Shown: positions 31,187 through 41,327 of the stretch, piece by piece
Layout of the letters: each line of letters begins with the position of its first letter
Position numbering within the stretch: position 1 is the stretch's first letter
Origin: Candidatus Bathyarchaeota archaeon
GTDB taxonomy: Archaea > Thermoproteota > Bathyarchaeia > Bathyarchaeales > Bathycorpusculaceae
Direction of reading: 5' to 3'
Assembly: GCA_963770935.1 (NCBI GenBank)
Contig: CAVYRJ010000011.1
Span: 96,001-160,000 of the forward strand
DNA: 64,000 nt
The notes under the pieces: generated by a model
Told to the model about the DNA's origin: nothing
Seen by the model: the letters and a program-made list of their open reading frames with translations, nothing else
Database searches by the model: none
Position numbers and translations under genes: made by a program

Positions 31187-32741
31187 TTATCTGTCAAGCA
31201 TGAAGGTTTTCTCATGTGTTGCCTGCTCTGGAATACGGTCCAGAATCATTTTTTCCTCTGGCTTTTTGCTTAAAACGATTGGCGATAGTTGCCCAGCCAA
31301 CTTCATCGCAGAAGACAACTTGCTGCTTCTCTCCGCGTAGATTTCAAACAAGACACCATTTTTGTGTACGGTGCCGCCGAGCTTTGCATGTAAAACAACA
31401 CCTGCACCTTTCTCTTTGGGTGCTCCAGCTTCACGGGCAATCCGCACAATATCGTCTGTGCTTAGCCAGAGAACTTTGCCAGCTTGCTCCGAACGCACCA
31501 CAGCCGATTCAGATCCAACAGGCAAATCTTCAGGTTTAACATCTGGGTTTCCGCCTTGTGCAGCGATGATTTCACGCATCTTCTTCATTGCTTTGCCTGA
31601 ATCAATCATATCCTCAGCCATCCCCACGAGCATTTTCCACACCAACCATTTCAAAAAGCATGCCTGCTAGGCTAACGGCTTTCTCACGCAAATCAGGCGG
31701 TCCACCACCCATAAGAGTCATCAACGCCTCCTTTGCTTCCAACGCTGGTCCGATGCCACAGCCTAAAGGTTGGTCTCCAAAAGTTAAGGCACATTGGATG
31801 TTTAATCCTAAACGTTTTCCCAAATCCACAAAATCCGAAGCCAAAGTGTAGGCTTCTGTCCGCGTTTTGATTTTGGCTCCCATGCCTGTTGGGATGTCAA
31901 TGGCGACATGGGTGGCTCCGATGGCTTTTTTCTTGCTTAGAATCGAGGGCAAAAGCATGGGGTCGATTCCTAATGGGTATTCAACTTGGATGAATAGGTC
32001 GTCAGCTGGCGCCAGCTCCAAAGACCCACCCCAAACCAAGCAGCCGTTGGTTTTTGCTACAACGTCCTTGATTTCTTTTATTGATAGGTTTACTGGGCAG
32101 AGCGTTTCCACTCGGTCTGCCGTTCCAGCGGGAGAAGTGATTGCCCTCGATGATGTTTTGGGAATTGTGAATCCTGCAGCCGCCACAATGGGAACAACGA
32201 GCATGCTGGTTTTGTCGCCTGGAATTCCGCCGACGCTGTGTTTGTCAAGGATGGGTCCTTTGCCAAAATCGAGTGTTTTGCCCGTAGTAATCATAGCTCT
32301 CGACAGGGCTTCAGTTTCGCTTGTGCTTAGTCCATGAATGCTAAGCGCCGTAAGGAAAGCGGCGATTTCAACCGTGCTCAAATGCCTCTCAACCACATCC
32401 TTCACAATAGCTACAAGGTCCCCTTCACGCAAACGTTCACCATGCAGTTTAGCACGGATGTTAAAGAGTGATTCAGGAAGTGGAGCCAACTCCACCTTAA
32501 CTGTCTCAGCCTCTTTTACCCCAAGCGCGGCAACGGTTTCTCGGTAGAGTCCAATGCGGTTTGGGGGAAAATAAACAGCGATGTTGGCGATGGCAATCAT
32601 TTCTTTACCCTTGCAGGATATTTTTATTCTGTCTGAACTGTGCACACCGAGCAGGTTGGCACTTTGTTCGCTGAGCAAGGCGATTCTGCTGCCGCCCGTG
32701 GTAATCATTAGGACTTCAACGCTTAATTCCATCTGAGACAC
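31187..32741 (-). CDS. deoA: AMP phosphorylase (frameshift near 31630)
   Basis: DKHSVGGIPGDKT, PKTSSRAITSPAGTAD, APADD, SILSKK, GIGPALEA, IIAAQGG, AGAPKEKGAG. Confidence 0.93.
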
Positions 32742-32817
32742 GTCAATACCAATTAAGCTGGGGAATAGTTAAAGATTTTAAGGCAAAGCCAATCAGTCTA
32801 GCAACGAGGATTGCTCT
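32742..32817. promoter_or_regulatory. Compact divergent promoter region between AMP phosphorylase and RuBisCO
   Basis: 76-bp intergenic gap with AT-rich TATA-like boxes on both strands. Confidence 0.45.
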
Positions 32818-34042
32818 TTGAAGTATCTTGACTTTGTGGATTTAACTTACAAGCCCAAAGAAACTGATTTAATATGCACCTTCCAGGTTGAGCCTGAAGG
32901 CATAAGCCTTAAAGAGGCGGCCGGCGGTGTGGCGGCGGAAAGCTCCGTTGGCACATGGACTGAACTGACAACTGAGCAGCCTTACGTTAAGCGACTAGCA
33001 GCACACGTCTTCAGCATTAACGGCGACATAATCAAAATTGCCTATCCTATCGAGCTCTTTGAGTCTGCCAACATGCCAAACATCCTTAGCAGCGTAGCTG
33101 GGAACGTTTTCGGGCTTAAAGCACTAAAAAACCTCCGTCTACTCGACATAGAATTTCCCAAAAATCTCTTGACCAGCTTTAAAGGACCAGCCTTTGGCAT
33201 AGCTGGAATACGCAATCTCCTAAAAATCCCCCAGCGCCCCCTTGTCGGCACCATAATCAAGCCTAAACTGGGGTTAGAAACCAAAGACCACGCAAAAGTA
33301 GCATATGAAGCGTGGTTTGGCGGCTGTGACGTTGTGAAAGACGATGAGAACCTGAGTAGTCAAAAATTCAACCCCTTCGACCGAACGCTTAACCCAGACG
33401 TTGGAGAGCCGCGACAAAGCTCAAGACGAGACCGGTGAACGCAAAGTCTATATGATAAACATCACCGCCGAAACCAACACAATGCTAAAACGCGCCCAAG
33501 CCGTCGTTGACCAAGGAGGCGAATATGTGATGGTGGACATCTTAACCTGCGGCTGGTCAGCACTGCAAACATTGCGTGAACAAAACTTCAAACTTGTCAT
33601 TCACGCTCACCGCGCTGGACACGCCGCTTTCACCAAGAACCCCAAACACGGCATCGCCATGAAACCTATCGCGACCGTCGCAAGGGTAATCGGCGTTGAC
33701 CAGCTTCACGTTGGAACTGTTGTGGGGAAAATGTCTGAGACTAAAACGGAAGTCCTAGAGAATATCGATGCTTGCAAAGCAGAAATGGGCGGTTTGAAGC
33801 CTGTTTTGCCCGTTGCCAGCGGCGGACTGCATCCCCGATTGGTTCCAGCATTAATGGAGACTTTCGGCAACGACTTTGTTATCCAAGCAGGCGGCGGAAT
33901 CCATGGACACCCCGACGGCACAGTAGCAGGCGCCAAAGCCATGAGGCAAGCAGTCGACGCAACACTATATGGAAAAACACTTCAGGAATACGCAAAAAAC
34001 CACATAGAGCTCGCCCTTGCCCTAAAACAATGGAAAACCTAA
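32818..34042 (+). CDS. rbcL: Form III RuBisCO large subunit (frameshift near 33385)
   Basis: AAESSVGTWT, GNVFG, KPKLG, KDDE, HAHRAGH, GTVVGKM, SGGLHP, GGGIHGHP. Confidence 0.95.
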
Positions 34043-34118
34043 CAAGTCGATTAGTCACCTATTTTTTTCTATCTGACCTTTATCCTATTGTTTTTTGCCG
34101 AAATAGCTGTTTCTCAGC

Positions 34119-35046
34119 TTAGAAAAACCATGGGTATCTTCGTCGCATGACCTCGACGATGCATTGGGGTGCGATTATGCCTTCTTCGCAGATTAAGCCA
34201 TGGATGTAGCGGTTGGGGGTCACGTCGAAAGCTGGGTTGCGCACTATAAGTTTTGGGGGGGCTTCGCTCCAAACCTCTATTGGGTTTCGTTGTTCAATTT
34301 TTTCGCATTCGCCTTGGAGGGTTTCTGGGTCGAACTTTAGCAGTTCCGAAACAACATAGAGAGGTACTTTGGCTTCATGCGCTAACACTGCGATTCCGCT
34401 AGATCCAATCTTGTTGACTACATTGCCTTCCGAGGTGATTGCGTCGGCTCCCACAATTACGACATCCACGTTTCCCATGAACGTCCGCGCAGCCGAGTCA
34501 ACTATAAAGGTTGTTTCAATGCCTAAATCAACTAGTTCTTTGGCTGTTATTCTTCCTTGAAAAGCAGGGCGTGTCTCGGTGCAGATTACCTTGAAGTTTT
34601 TGCCATCCGCTTTAGCTTTTGCTAGCAATCGGGTTACAGTTGAGGAGTGGCAATGAGTGAAAACCACGGAGCCGTCTTTGGATGCGTTTAGCTCCAATTT
34701 CTGCAATGAGTTCTCTTGAAGCCTCCAAGTCTTTGAGGAATTGGCTGACGTTCGAAATTACATTTTTCTTCAGTTCGTCGACTTTTTCTGTGTTGGCGTT
34801 TTGGGCTTGAATGATTACCCAGCGTATTGCATTACGCATTAGGGGCTCGGTTTCTCTGGAATCTGAAAAAATGGTTTGGGCTTCTTTGAGTTCGGCAAAG
34901 AAAGCAGGTTTGTTTTTTGCTTTGGTCTGCTCTGCTTGGGTTTTGATGGCGTTGATGGCAGCAATGGCGACGTTTCGTGCGCCTTGAACTTGGAGTTTGC
35001 GTATTTTTTCTGCTGTTGAATGGATTGTTTCTGCCATAATCTTCAA
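34119..35046 (-). CDS. Ribose-1,5-bisphosphate isomerase (eIF2B-like; frameshift near 34690)
   Basis: QVQGARNVA, RETEPLMRN, THCHSS, ETRPAFQG, GADAI, NKIG, NPAFDVTP. Confidence 0.92.
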
Positions 35047-35120
35047 CTTGAACGGCTTTGTTTTTAATTATTTGTGGAGAAGGATATAAGCAAATACATA
35101 CCCAATGGTTAGTGAATGTT

Positions 35121-36260
35121 ATGTTGCCCGATGAAGATAGCGTCAACAGTATCCTGAAGCCATACGTCCAGCCTTGGTATGATTCCGTCGAGAATCCGCA
35201 GAAAGCTCAGGCGCAGGTGCTGGCTGATTTGGTAGAAAAATACGCCTCTACAGAATACGGTGTAAACCACAACGCTTCCCAAATCAAAGACATTGCTGAT
35301 TATCGGGCTAATTTTCCCATAATTGACTATTCAGGACTCATCCCGCATCTGGTACAAGTGAAAGAACGAAGTTACAGGGCGTTTTTGTCTGAACCGCCTG
35401 AAACTTGGGTTATGACGAGAGGCTCAACAGGAAAATCTAAAGTTTTACCTGCAACTAAAACACATCTTAAACAAATCTACAGTTGCGGTGCACGAGGACT
35501 CATAAACTATGCAGTAAGAAAAAAGAACTATGGAGTCTTTCTTGGTGTCATTCTTAACCTTAATTTTCCCTCAAATGTCCACATCATGGACGTAGATGGC
35601 AAACAAGTCACTTACGGCTACAGTTCAGGTACCTACGCTCGACTTAACCCCATGTTTGACAGAGTGAGCTTATTGCCTCGGCAAGAAGAAATCGATGCTT
35701 TAGGCAATGGTGTAGGTAGAGAAGATTGGGAAAAACGGTTTGAACTAGCTTATCAGATGGCGCAAAACCAGAATGTAACTGCAACGATGGGCGTTACCCC
35801 GGTGATTCTTTCTTTTGCTAGATATATCAAGCGTAAATACGGAAAAAAACCAGTAGACGTTTGGAATCCTCAAGCGCTCTTTTGTACCAGCGTTCCCAAA
35901 ATCCAATTCAAATACGGACCTATCCTTAAGAAGTATTTCGGTGACGTACCCATTGTGGAAATGTATACGGCCACAGAAGGAGTCTTCGGACAGCAACTCG
36001 ACGATTATCCCTACATAACCCCAAATTATGACTCATACCTTTTCGAAGTCGCCACAGCTAAAGGAGTGAAGATGCTTCACGAGCTTAAACGGGGTGAATG
36101 GGGCAGCCTAATTATTTCCTCATGTATGTTCCCACGTTACGAAATAGGTGATTTGATTGAGGCAGCAGGCAAAAACTATTTCCGGGTTTTCGGAAGAAAA
36201 AAAACCTTAACGCTCCTTGAACATAAGCTCTACAGAGCGTTTTTAGGCTGGATAATCTAA
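35121..36260 (+). CDS. GH3-family (ANL superfamily) adenylating enzyme
   Basis: TEYG..Y..FPIIDY N-terminus, TRGSTGKSK, EMYTATEG, PRYEIGD. Confidence 0.8.
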   Translation: MLPDEDSVNSILKPYVQPWYDSVENPQKAQAQVLADLVEKYASTEYGVNHNASQIKDIADYRANFPIIDYSGLIPHLVQVKERSYRAFLSEPPETWVMTRGSTGKSKVLPATKTHLKQIYSCGARGLINYAVRKKNYGVFLGVILNLNFPSNVHIMDVDGKQVTYGYSSGTYARLNPMFDRVSLLPRQEEIDALGNGVGREDWEKRFELAYQMAQNQNVTATMGVTPVILSFARYIKRKYGKKPVDVWNPQALFCTSVPKIQFKYGPILKKYFGDVPIVEMYTATEGVFGQQLDDYPYITPNYDSYLFEVATAKGVKMLHELKRGEWGSLIISSCMFPRYEIGDLIEAAGKNYFRVFGRKKTLTLLEHKLYRAFLGWII

Positions 36261-36652
36261 GGTGGCTTAGGAGAACGCTTCCGGGCACCCATTGCAACGT
36301 AAATTGCGCCGAAAATGATGATTATGCCAATTATTAACAGCATTATAGCCCAACTTTGTCCTGAATCCACAGTGAAAAAGCCACTTAGTTGCAGCACAGA
36401 GAAAAGCCCAAACGTGATAAGTATTAAACCGCCGATTAAATAGCCAATAAATCCAGTTTCACCTTTCTCTTGCCTCTCACCCTTCTCCTGTTTTTCCTGT
36501 TTCTCGTTCTTCTCTGATTTCTCGTCTTTTCTGCGATACGGTTGAACAGGCGCTGGTGGACTTGGGGGAGCAGCTTTCAGTGATGTTCCGCAGTGTGGGC
36601 AGAAAACCATATTTTCGTCAACTTTGTTGCCACATTTTGGACAAAACGACAT
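36257..36652 (-). CDS. Zinc-ribbon membrane protein
   Basis: FCPKCG..FCPHCG, EK-rich linker, 2 TM. Confidence 0.8.
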   Translation of the reverse strand: MSFCPKCGNKVDENMVFCPHCGTSLKAAPPSPPAPVQPYRRKDEKSEKNEKQEKQEKGERQEKGETGFIGYLIGGLILITFGLFSVLQLSGFFTVDSGQSWAIMLLIIGIIIIFGAIYVAMGARKRSPKPP

Positions 36653-36768
36653 TCAAATTCATCCTATTTACATTTTATCAGGTCTGAGTATTTAAAATAT
36701 GCACTTGCTTCCTTAAAGAGAAAGATATATTTGCTTTATTTTCTATTCTCGAATGGAGAAAATCCAGC

Positions 36769-37272
36769 TTGAAGATCAACTTGAACCTCCAAGGATTATC
36801 AGATAAGAAAAAAGAAAGCCTGTTAAGTGCCCTCTACATTGGCTCGGTCTTCATAATTTTTGCTTTGGTTTACTACATCCATATATCAGACAACCTCTGG
36901 GAAGGCTTGATTGACTTCTTCACATCCCTAACGCTTGCCACTGTTCCAACAACCGGCATCTCTTTGCCTGCGCCTGCAAACCCAGCCGCCCACATAAACC
37001 TCTATACAGCAGCTTTCCATTTCACCATAGGTTTAGGTATTTTAGAAATCATTATATTATTTTTAAGAGTAGGATTACATTCATCTGTGTTACGATTAGC
37101 AGAGACCATTGAAAACATTGTTTTCTGGCTTGGCACAAGCTACCTAATAGCGGCTTACCTGATGAACATGACATTGCAGGGTGAGTGGTTTGTCTTCTGG
37201 GCTGGACTAATACTCATCTTCGGCTTAGCGCTGATCGCTAGGGCATTCGTGCTCTTAACCCCCAAACGATAA
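36769..37272 (+). CDS. Hypothetical 4-TM membrane protein (paralog of 17403-17912)
   Basis: PANPAAH...RLAETIENIVFWLG motif. Confidence 0.7.
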   Translation: MKINLNLQGLSDKKKESLLSALYIGSVFIIFALVYYIHISDNLWEGLIDFFTSLTLATVPTTGISLPAPANPAAHINLYTAAFHFTIGLGILEIIILFLRVGLHSSVLRLAETIENIVFWLGTSYLIAAYLMNMTLQGEWFVFWAGLILIFGLALIARAFVLLTPKR

Positions 37273-37273
37273 C

Positions 37274-38011
37274 CTATTTTTTCTTTATTTTAAGTTTCCA
37301 CCAAAGCCCCATTATTTGCCGAAACATATTCCAAGAATCCTTGAATAAGCTAACTTTGGTGCCCCTGCCGCTTTTCCATTCTACCGCAATCTCTTTTACT
37401 TTAAAGCCCTGACTTTGCGCTCTAACCAAGATTTCTGTGTCCCAAAACCAATGAGTCGCCTCAACCTTGTCAAGCAACTCCATAAGCGGCTCTCTTTTGA
37501 AGGCTTTGAAGCCACACTGGTGGTCCCGAAGTTTAGAGCCAAGTAGGTTCCTGACTAAAAAATTATAAGTTTTAGAGCTAATGCCTCTACTAAATGTTCG
37601 TTCAGCCTTGCTTTCTGCCATCATTCTAGACCCAGTTGAGAAATCGTAGCCTTCAACCGTGATGGCTTCAACAAGGGGCTTTAGGTACTTGAGGTCAGTG
37701 GCTAAATCCAGATCCATATAAACTAGAGTTTCCCCGCAACTTTGTTTAAATGCGTTTTTGAGTGCAGTTCCTCTGCCTAGACGTTTTTCACGGTGAATGT
37801 GCTTAACGCCTAGGATTTTTTGGGATAGTTCATCGGCCCGTTCAGCGGTTCCGTCAGTGCTGCCATCTTCAGCAATAATCACCTCATATGATTGGGTGAA
37901 TTGATTTAGGGTTTGGATTGTTTTCTCTACCGCTGGCTGCAAATAGTCCATTTCGTTATAGGCTGGAAGCACTACGGAAACCTGAATTGTTGGGCTATTT
38001 GGTATTGTCAT
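37274..38011 (-). CDS. GT2 dolichol/polyprenol-phosphate glycosyltransferase
   Basis: LPAYNE, EDGSTD, GRGTA, DLD, GSR, DHQCGFK, WDTEIL. Confidence 0.9.
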   Translation of the reverse strand: MTIPNSPTIQVSVVLPAYNEMDYLQPAVEKTIQTLNQFTQSYEVIIAEDGSTDGTAERADELSQKILGVKHIHREKRLGRGTALKNAFKQSCGETLVYMDLDLATDLKYLKPLVEAITVEGYDFSTGSRMMAESKAERTFSRGISSKTYNFLVRNLLGSKLRDHQCGFKAFKREPLMELLDKVEATHWFWDTEILVRAQSQGFKVKEIAVEWKSGRGTKVSLFKDSWNMFRQIMGLWWKLKIKKK

Positions 38012-39873
38012 TAAGCGAAATACCAGCTTGGGAACCACTTAAGATAACTATGTACATACGAAGTGGAAATAGGCGCACCTGAAATCACTGGGTAGAAGAG
38101 CAGAAACATCGCTACTGCACCAGCAAATATTGCTATTGCAGCAACCTTTCCCATCCGAGTGTTCCAATATTGGTTAATGAAATATGTTATCCCAAGGCAA
38201 AGTAGGGGTACGCTTAGGTAGAAATGATAAATGTAGGTTGCTCTGCCTATGAAAACGTATGGAAGCCACGAGAAGAAGAACACAGCAACTATGAATATCG
38301 CAGGTAAATCCCAACCCTCTGCTCTTATGCTGATGCGTCGGTGGATAGATGACTTCGATATTCGACTCCGCAAATTATCTAACAATTCTCTTCCATGAAT
38401 CGCCCTCTCTGTAAGCACAAGCATCAGCGCAAAGCCAACCCACCAAACCACTGGGTTTCCTAGAACTGTGATGGTGGAAACCACGTTATTGGGTAGGTAG
38501 GATATGTCGAACCATCTTGGAACAGTTACTCCATCTATCCTAAACATGAATGGCCAAGACCACCAAGGGGCTGAAGCAGAATCAGTTACGGTGCCTGAAT
38601 GGAAATTGAACATAGCTAACTGTAGATTAATAATTGTTGGGAAAGAATCACCTGCAAGCATTTCAGGAATATATGTCAAAAAGTAAATGAGTGCTAAAAT
38701 TCCTACAAATCCCAGCAGCAACCATATTGGATAGTTAAAGAAAGCAACATATTTGTCAGCTAAGCTCGCCTTTAACTTTGCTAGGTCCTTAAACCGGATG
38801 GCTACGAGCAGCGCAAGCAAACCCAACGCACTGTAGAGAATAAACCATTTTGTTGAAAACCCTAGCGCAACGAAAACTACGGCTAGAAACAGTGGCAGAA
38901 CAGAGGTTTTCCAGCCGCTCTTAACAACGTTCATGAAGTAAATCAGGAAGAACAACTGCGAAAGCAGAGAAAAGAACACCACGTAAGTATCTACTGTACC
39001 GATGCGTGCCATGGTGAAATGCATAAAGTCAAAAGAAAACAGGAAAGCAGCGGAAAACCCTCCAATCCAAGTTCCAAACAACTTCTTTCCCAATAGGTAC
39101 ATTAATGGAACCATAAAAGTAGCAAATATTACACCCATTATTCGCCAGCCAAAAGATGTTTCTCCAAAAACTGCAACTCCAATGGATTGGATTATTTTTC
39201 CCAGTGGAGGATGGGTTCGCTCATGTGGAATTTGATGGTTAACATAGTTTTCTGCCGACCTAGCAAAGTAGACCTCGTCAAAATACATCTTTGACATATA
39301 AGACGGCGGAATCTCAAGTTTGTCCTGTTCATCAACTAACTTTCCTAAGGTGGTGTCGGTGGTATTTTCACCTATTATTTCAACGATTGAAATTTGTTGG
39401 TTGCTTTGACTTTCTACTCCGATTTCGGTGATTTCTATGAATGGTGTTGGTGCTTGGTCAGTAGGGTTGGTAATGCCCCAGTTGGAGAACATAGGTTGAG
39501 AATCATAATTTACTGCTGTAACGTTGAATTCTAAATATTGCGTGTCAGCATTCAAACTTAGTTTTTGGTAAACTGAGTAGTCTGTGCCTCTTGGTTGAAG
39601 TCCATCATTGAATTGTCCAATGTAACTCCAGTTTCCAGGCTCACCAGAATACACCGAGACTGTGGCGTTGCCGCTTCTAACCCAAAAGTAAACACTCTGA
39701 ACCTGCTGGTTTGAACCCAAGTTAATGTAGAAGCTCTCCTGTTGGGTGCTTTGCCAATTCGTCACAGGCGCATTAACTAAACCGACATTCCAAGCTGCTA
39801 TTCCAAAGAAGACGATGGATAACAAAACAATAGTTATCAAATCTTTCTTTGTGATTTTTATTTCCATTTTCAT
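38011..39873 (-). CDS. Dolichyl-phosphate-mannose-protein O-mannosyltransferase (GT39/PMT) with inserted extracellular domain
   Basis: YFDEVYFA, THPPLGK, FGWR, ARIGTVD, TKW, WWSWP, GNPVVWW, YIYHF, FYPVISG. Confidence 0.9.
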   Translation of the reverse strand: MKMEIKITKKDLITIVLLSIVFFGIAAWNVGLVNAPVTNWQSTQQESFYINLGSNQQVQSVYFWVRSGNATVSVYSGEPGNWSYIGQFNDGLQPRGTDYSVYQKLSLNADTQYLEFNVTAVNYDSQPMFSNWGITNPTDQAPTPFIEITEIGVESQSNQQISIVEIIGENTTDTTLGKLVDEQDKLEIPPSYMSKMYFDEVYFARSAENYVNHQIPHERTHPPLGKIIQSIGVAVFGETSFGWRIMGVIFATFMVPLMYLLGKKLFGTWIGGFSAAFLFSFDFMHFTMARIGTVDTYVVFFSLLSQLFFLIYFMNVVKSGWKTSVLPLFLAVVFVALGFSTKWFILYSALGLLALLVAIRFKDLAKLKASLADKYVAFFNYPIWLLLGFVGILALIYFLTYIPEMLAGDSFPTIINLQLAMFNFHSGTVTDSASAPWWSWPFMFRIDGVTVPRWFDISYLPNNVVSTITVLGNPVVWWVGFALMLVLTERAIHGRELLDNLRSRISKSSIHRRISIRAEGWDLPAIFIVAVFFFSWLPYVFIGRATYIYHFYLSVPLLCLGITYFINQYWNTRMGKVAAIAIFAGAVAMFLLFYPVISGAPISTSYVHSYLKWFPSWYFA

Positions 39874-41138
39874 TTCGGCGGCTCACCTGATTCTTGAGTT
39901 TGGATTAACGTTGCGGGTTCTGTTTTGAGCCATCCGCGTCCTTTCTGCTCATACCACAATAGCAGGGATGCATATGCAAGCATGAATAAATTGATAGCGC
40001 TTATTAACGGAACAATAGGATCTCGAGTTAAATCGGCAAAATTAGGGTAAGCGGCTCTGAGTGCATACATAACATACGCTTCATTCAAAAACAATGTCCC
40101 GGTCAAAACTACGTAGAGAAGACGTGTTTTTTTGATAAGCGGAAACATCAAAGCTAACATAGCTATCGCAGGAAACATGTAGCGCTCGTGAATACGTGTT
40201 GGAAGCATAAAGAAGCTAAAAAGTAGCATGAATGCAGCAAAGATAGCCAGATAATCGCCTGAAACTTTGAAGCGCTTATGCAAAACATAGAGTGTGAATG
40301 CAGTGGCTACGCCAAATAATGCCCATCCTGCAATGAACAGGTTTCCATCCGGTACCCATAATAAACCGAGCAAACCCCATAAATTAAAAGCGTTAATCGA
40401 AGCATACGCGTAGCCTCCATAAGCACCGAAGTATATGCCGCTCAAGAAAGAAATTGGGTTGCTCCATTCAAAGGGCAAAATAACCAAAAAAACCGTTGCG
40501 GCAAAGGCTATCACAGATGTCAGCAGCCTCTTTAAACCATCCTTCTTATAAATCAGCAGAATAATCAACGGAACTAAAGCGATGCCCTGCGGTTTAGTCA
40601 AGATACCCAACGCGAATGCAGCTGCGGAGAGTTCCGGTTTCCTTTTAAGAGCCAGAAACAAGGAAAGGACCAAAAAGAAAGTGTAGACAGCATCATATTG
40701 TCCCCAAACTGCGGCGTTGAAGATTACTGCTGGGTTTAAAACATAGAAAGCTACTGAAAGAATAGCAATTCTAAATGTTGTTTGTCTTCGAACGAAAAAA
40801 TAAATAAGAAGTCCCGTGGCTAAATCAAAAAGGTTCGGGACCACCTTAACCATACTTGCCAAACTCATGCTTAAAGCGTTGGCTAATGATCCGAATGCCC
40901 AAAAAATGTAGACATTGAAAGGCGGATAGTCTGCAAATCCAGCAAGAGAATAGAAGGGTCTTATTCCATGTTGGGTTGCTGTGTTAAACCAGGATATAAA
41001 ATCGTTTGTATCTATTTGGTATCCCTGCAGGGGGAGCAGTAGAACCCTGACTAAGAAGGCGACTAAAAGTAACACAGCTAAAATAGTGAATTCGCGTCTT
41101 GGAAACGAGAAGTTAACCGCGTTTTCCCCCTCTGCCAA
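39870..41138 (-). CDS. GT-C superfamily membrane glycosyltransferase
   Basis: D..DF..W, DYPP, NPAV..WGQYD, KPQ, NAFNLW, HERY. Confidence 0.85.
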   Translation of the reverse strand: MAEGENAVNFSFPRREFTILAVLLLVAFLVRVLLLPLQGYQIDTNDFISWFNTATQHGIRPFYSLAGFADYPPFNVYIFWAFGSLANALSMSLASMVKVVPNLFDLATGLLIYFFVRRQTTFRIAILSVAFYVLNPAVIFNAAVWGQYDAVYTFFLVLSLFLALKRKPELSAAAFALGILTKPQGIALVPLIILLIYKKDGLKRLLTSVIAFAATVFLVILPFEWSNPISFLSGIYFGAYGGYAYASINAFNLWGLLGLLWVPDGNLFIAGWALFGVATAFTLYVLHKRFKVSGDYLAIFAAFMLLFSFFMLPTRIHERYMFPAIAMLALMFPLIKKTRLLYVVLTGTLFLNEAYVMYALRAAYPNFADLTRDPIVPLISAINLFMLAYASLLLWYEQKGRGWLKTEPATLIQTQESGEPPK

Positions 41139-41327
41139 ATATTTGTTATCATGGCATAAGAAGCTTTTTCCAAAAAAGCCTTTGCTATTCTATAAAAGAC
41201 ACCTATTGGGTTTGTTGTGTTATAATTTACTTCTAAGTTAATTTTACCCTCCAAAACCCCTATTAAATTATTAGTCACTAAGCCAAAAAACCCTAAGAAT
41301 CAAAACATCAAAATTTTTTAAGCAAGG

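Noticed and set aside
16057-35046. Frameshifts in bud32, rdgB, POX, NERD, AIM24, AMP phosphorylase, rbcL and R15P isomerase as pseudogenes or programmed frameshifting
   Set aside because: Single-base indels are scattered, hit essential genes and leave motifs intact, with no consistent slippery site. Long-read consensus error is more parsimonious, and the same caveat applies to 43-60 kb.
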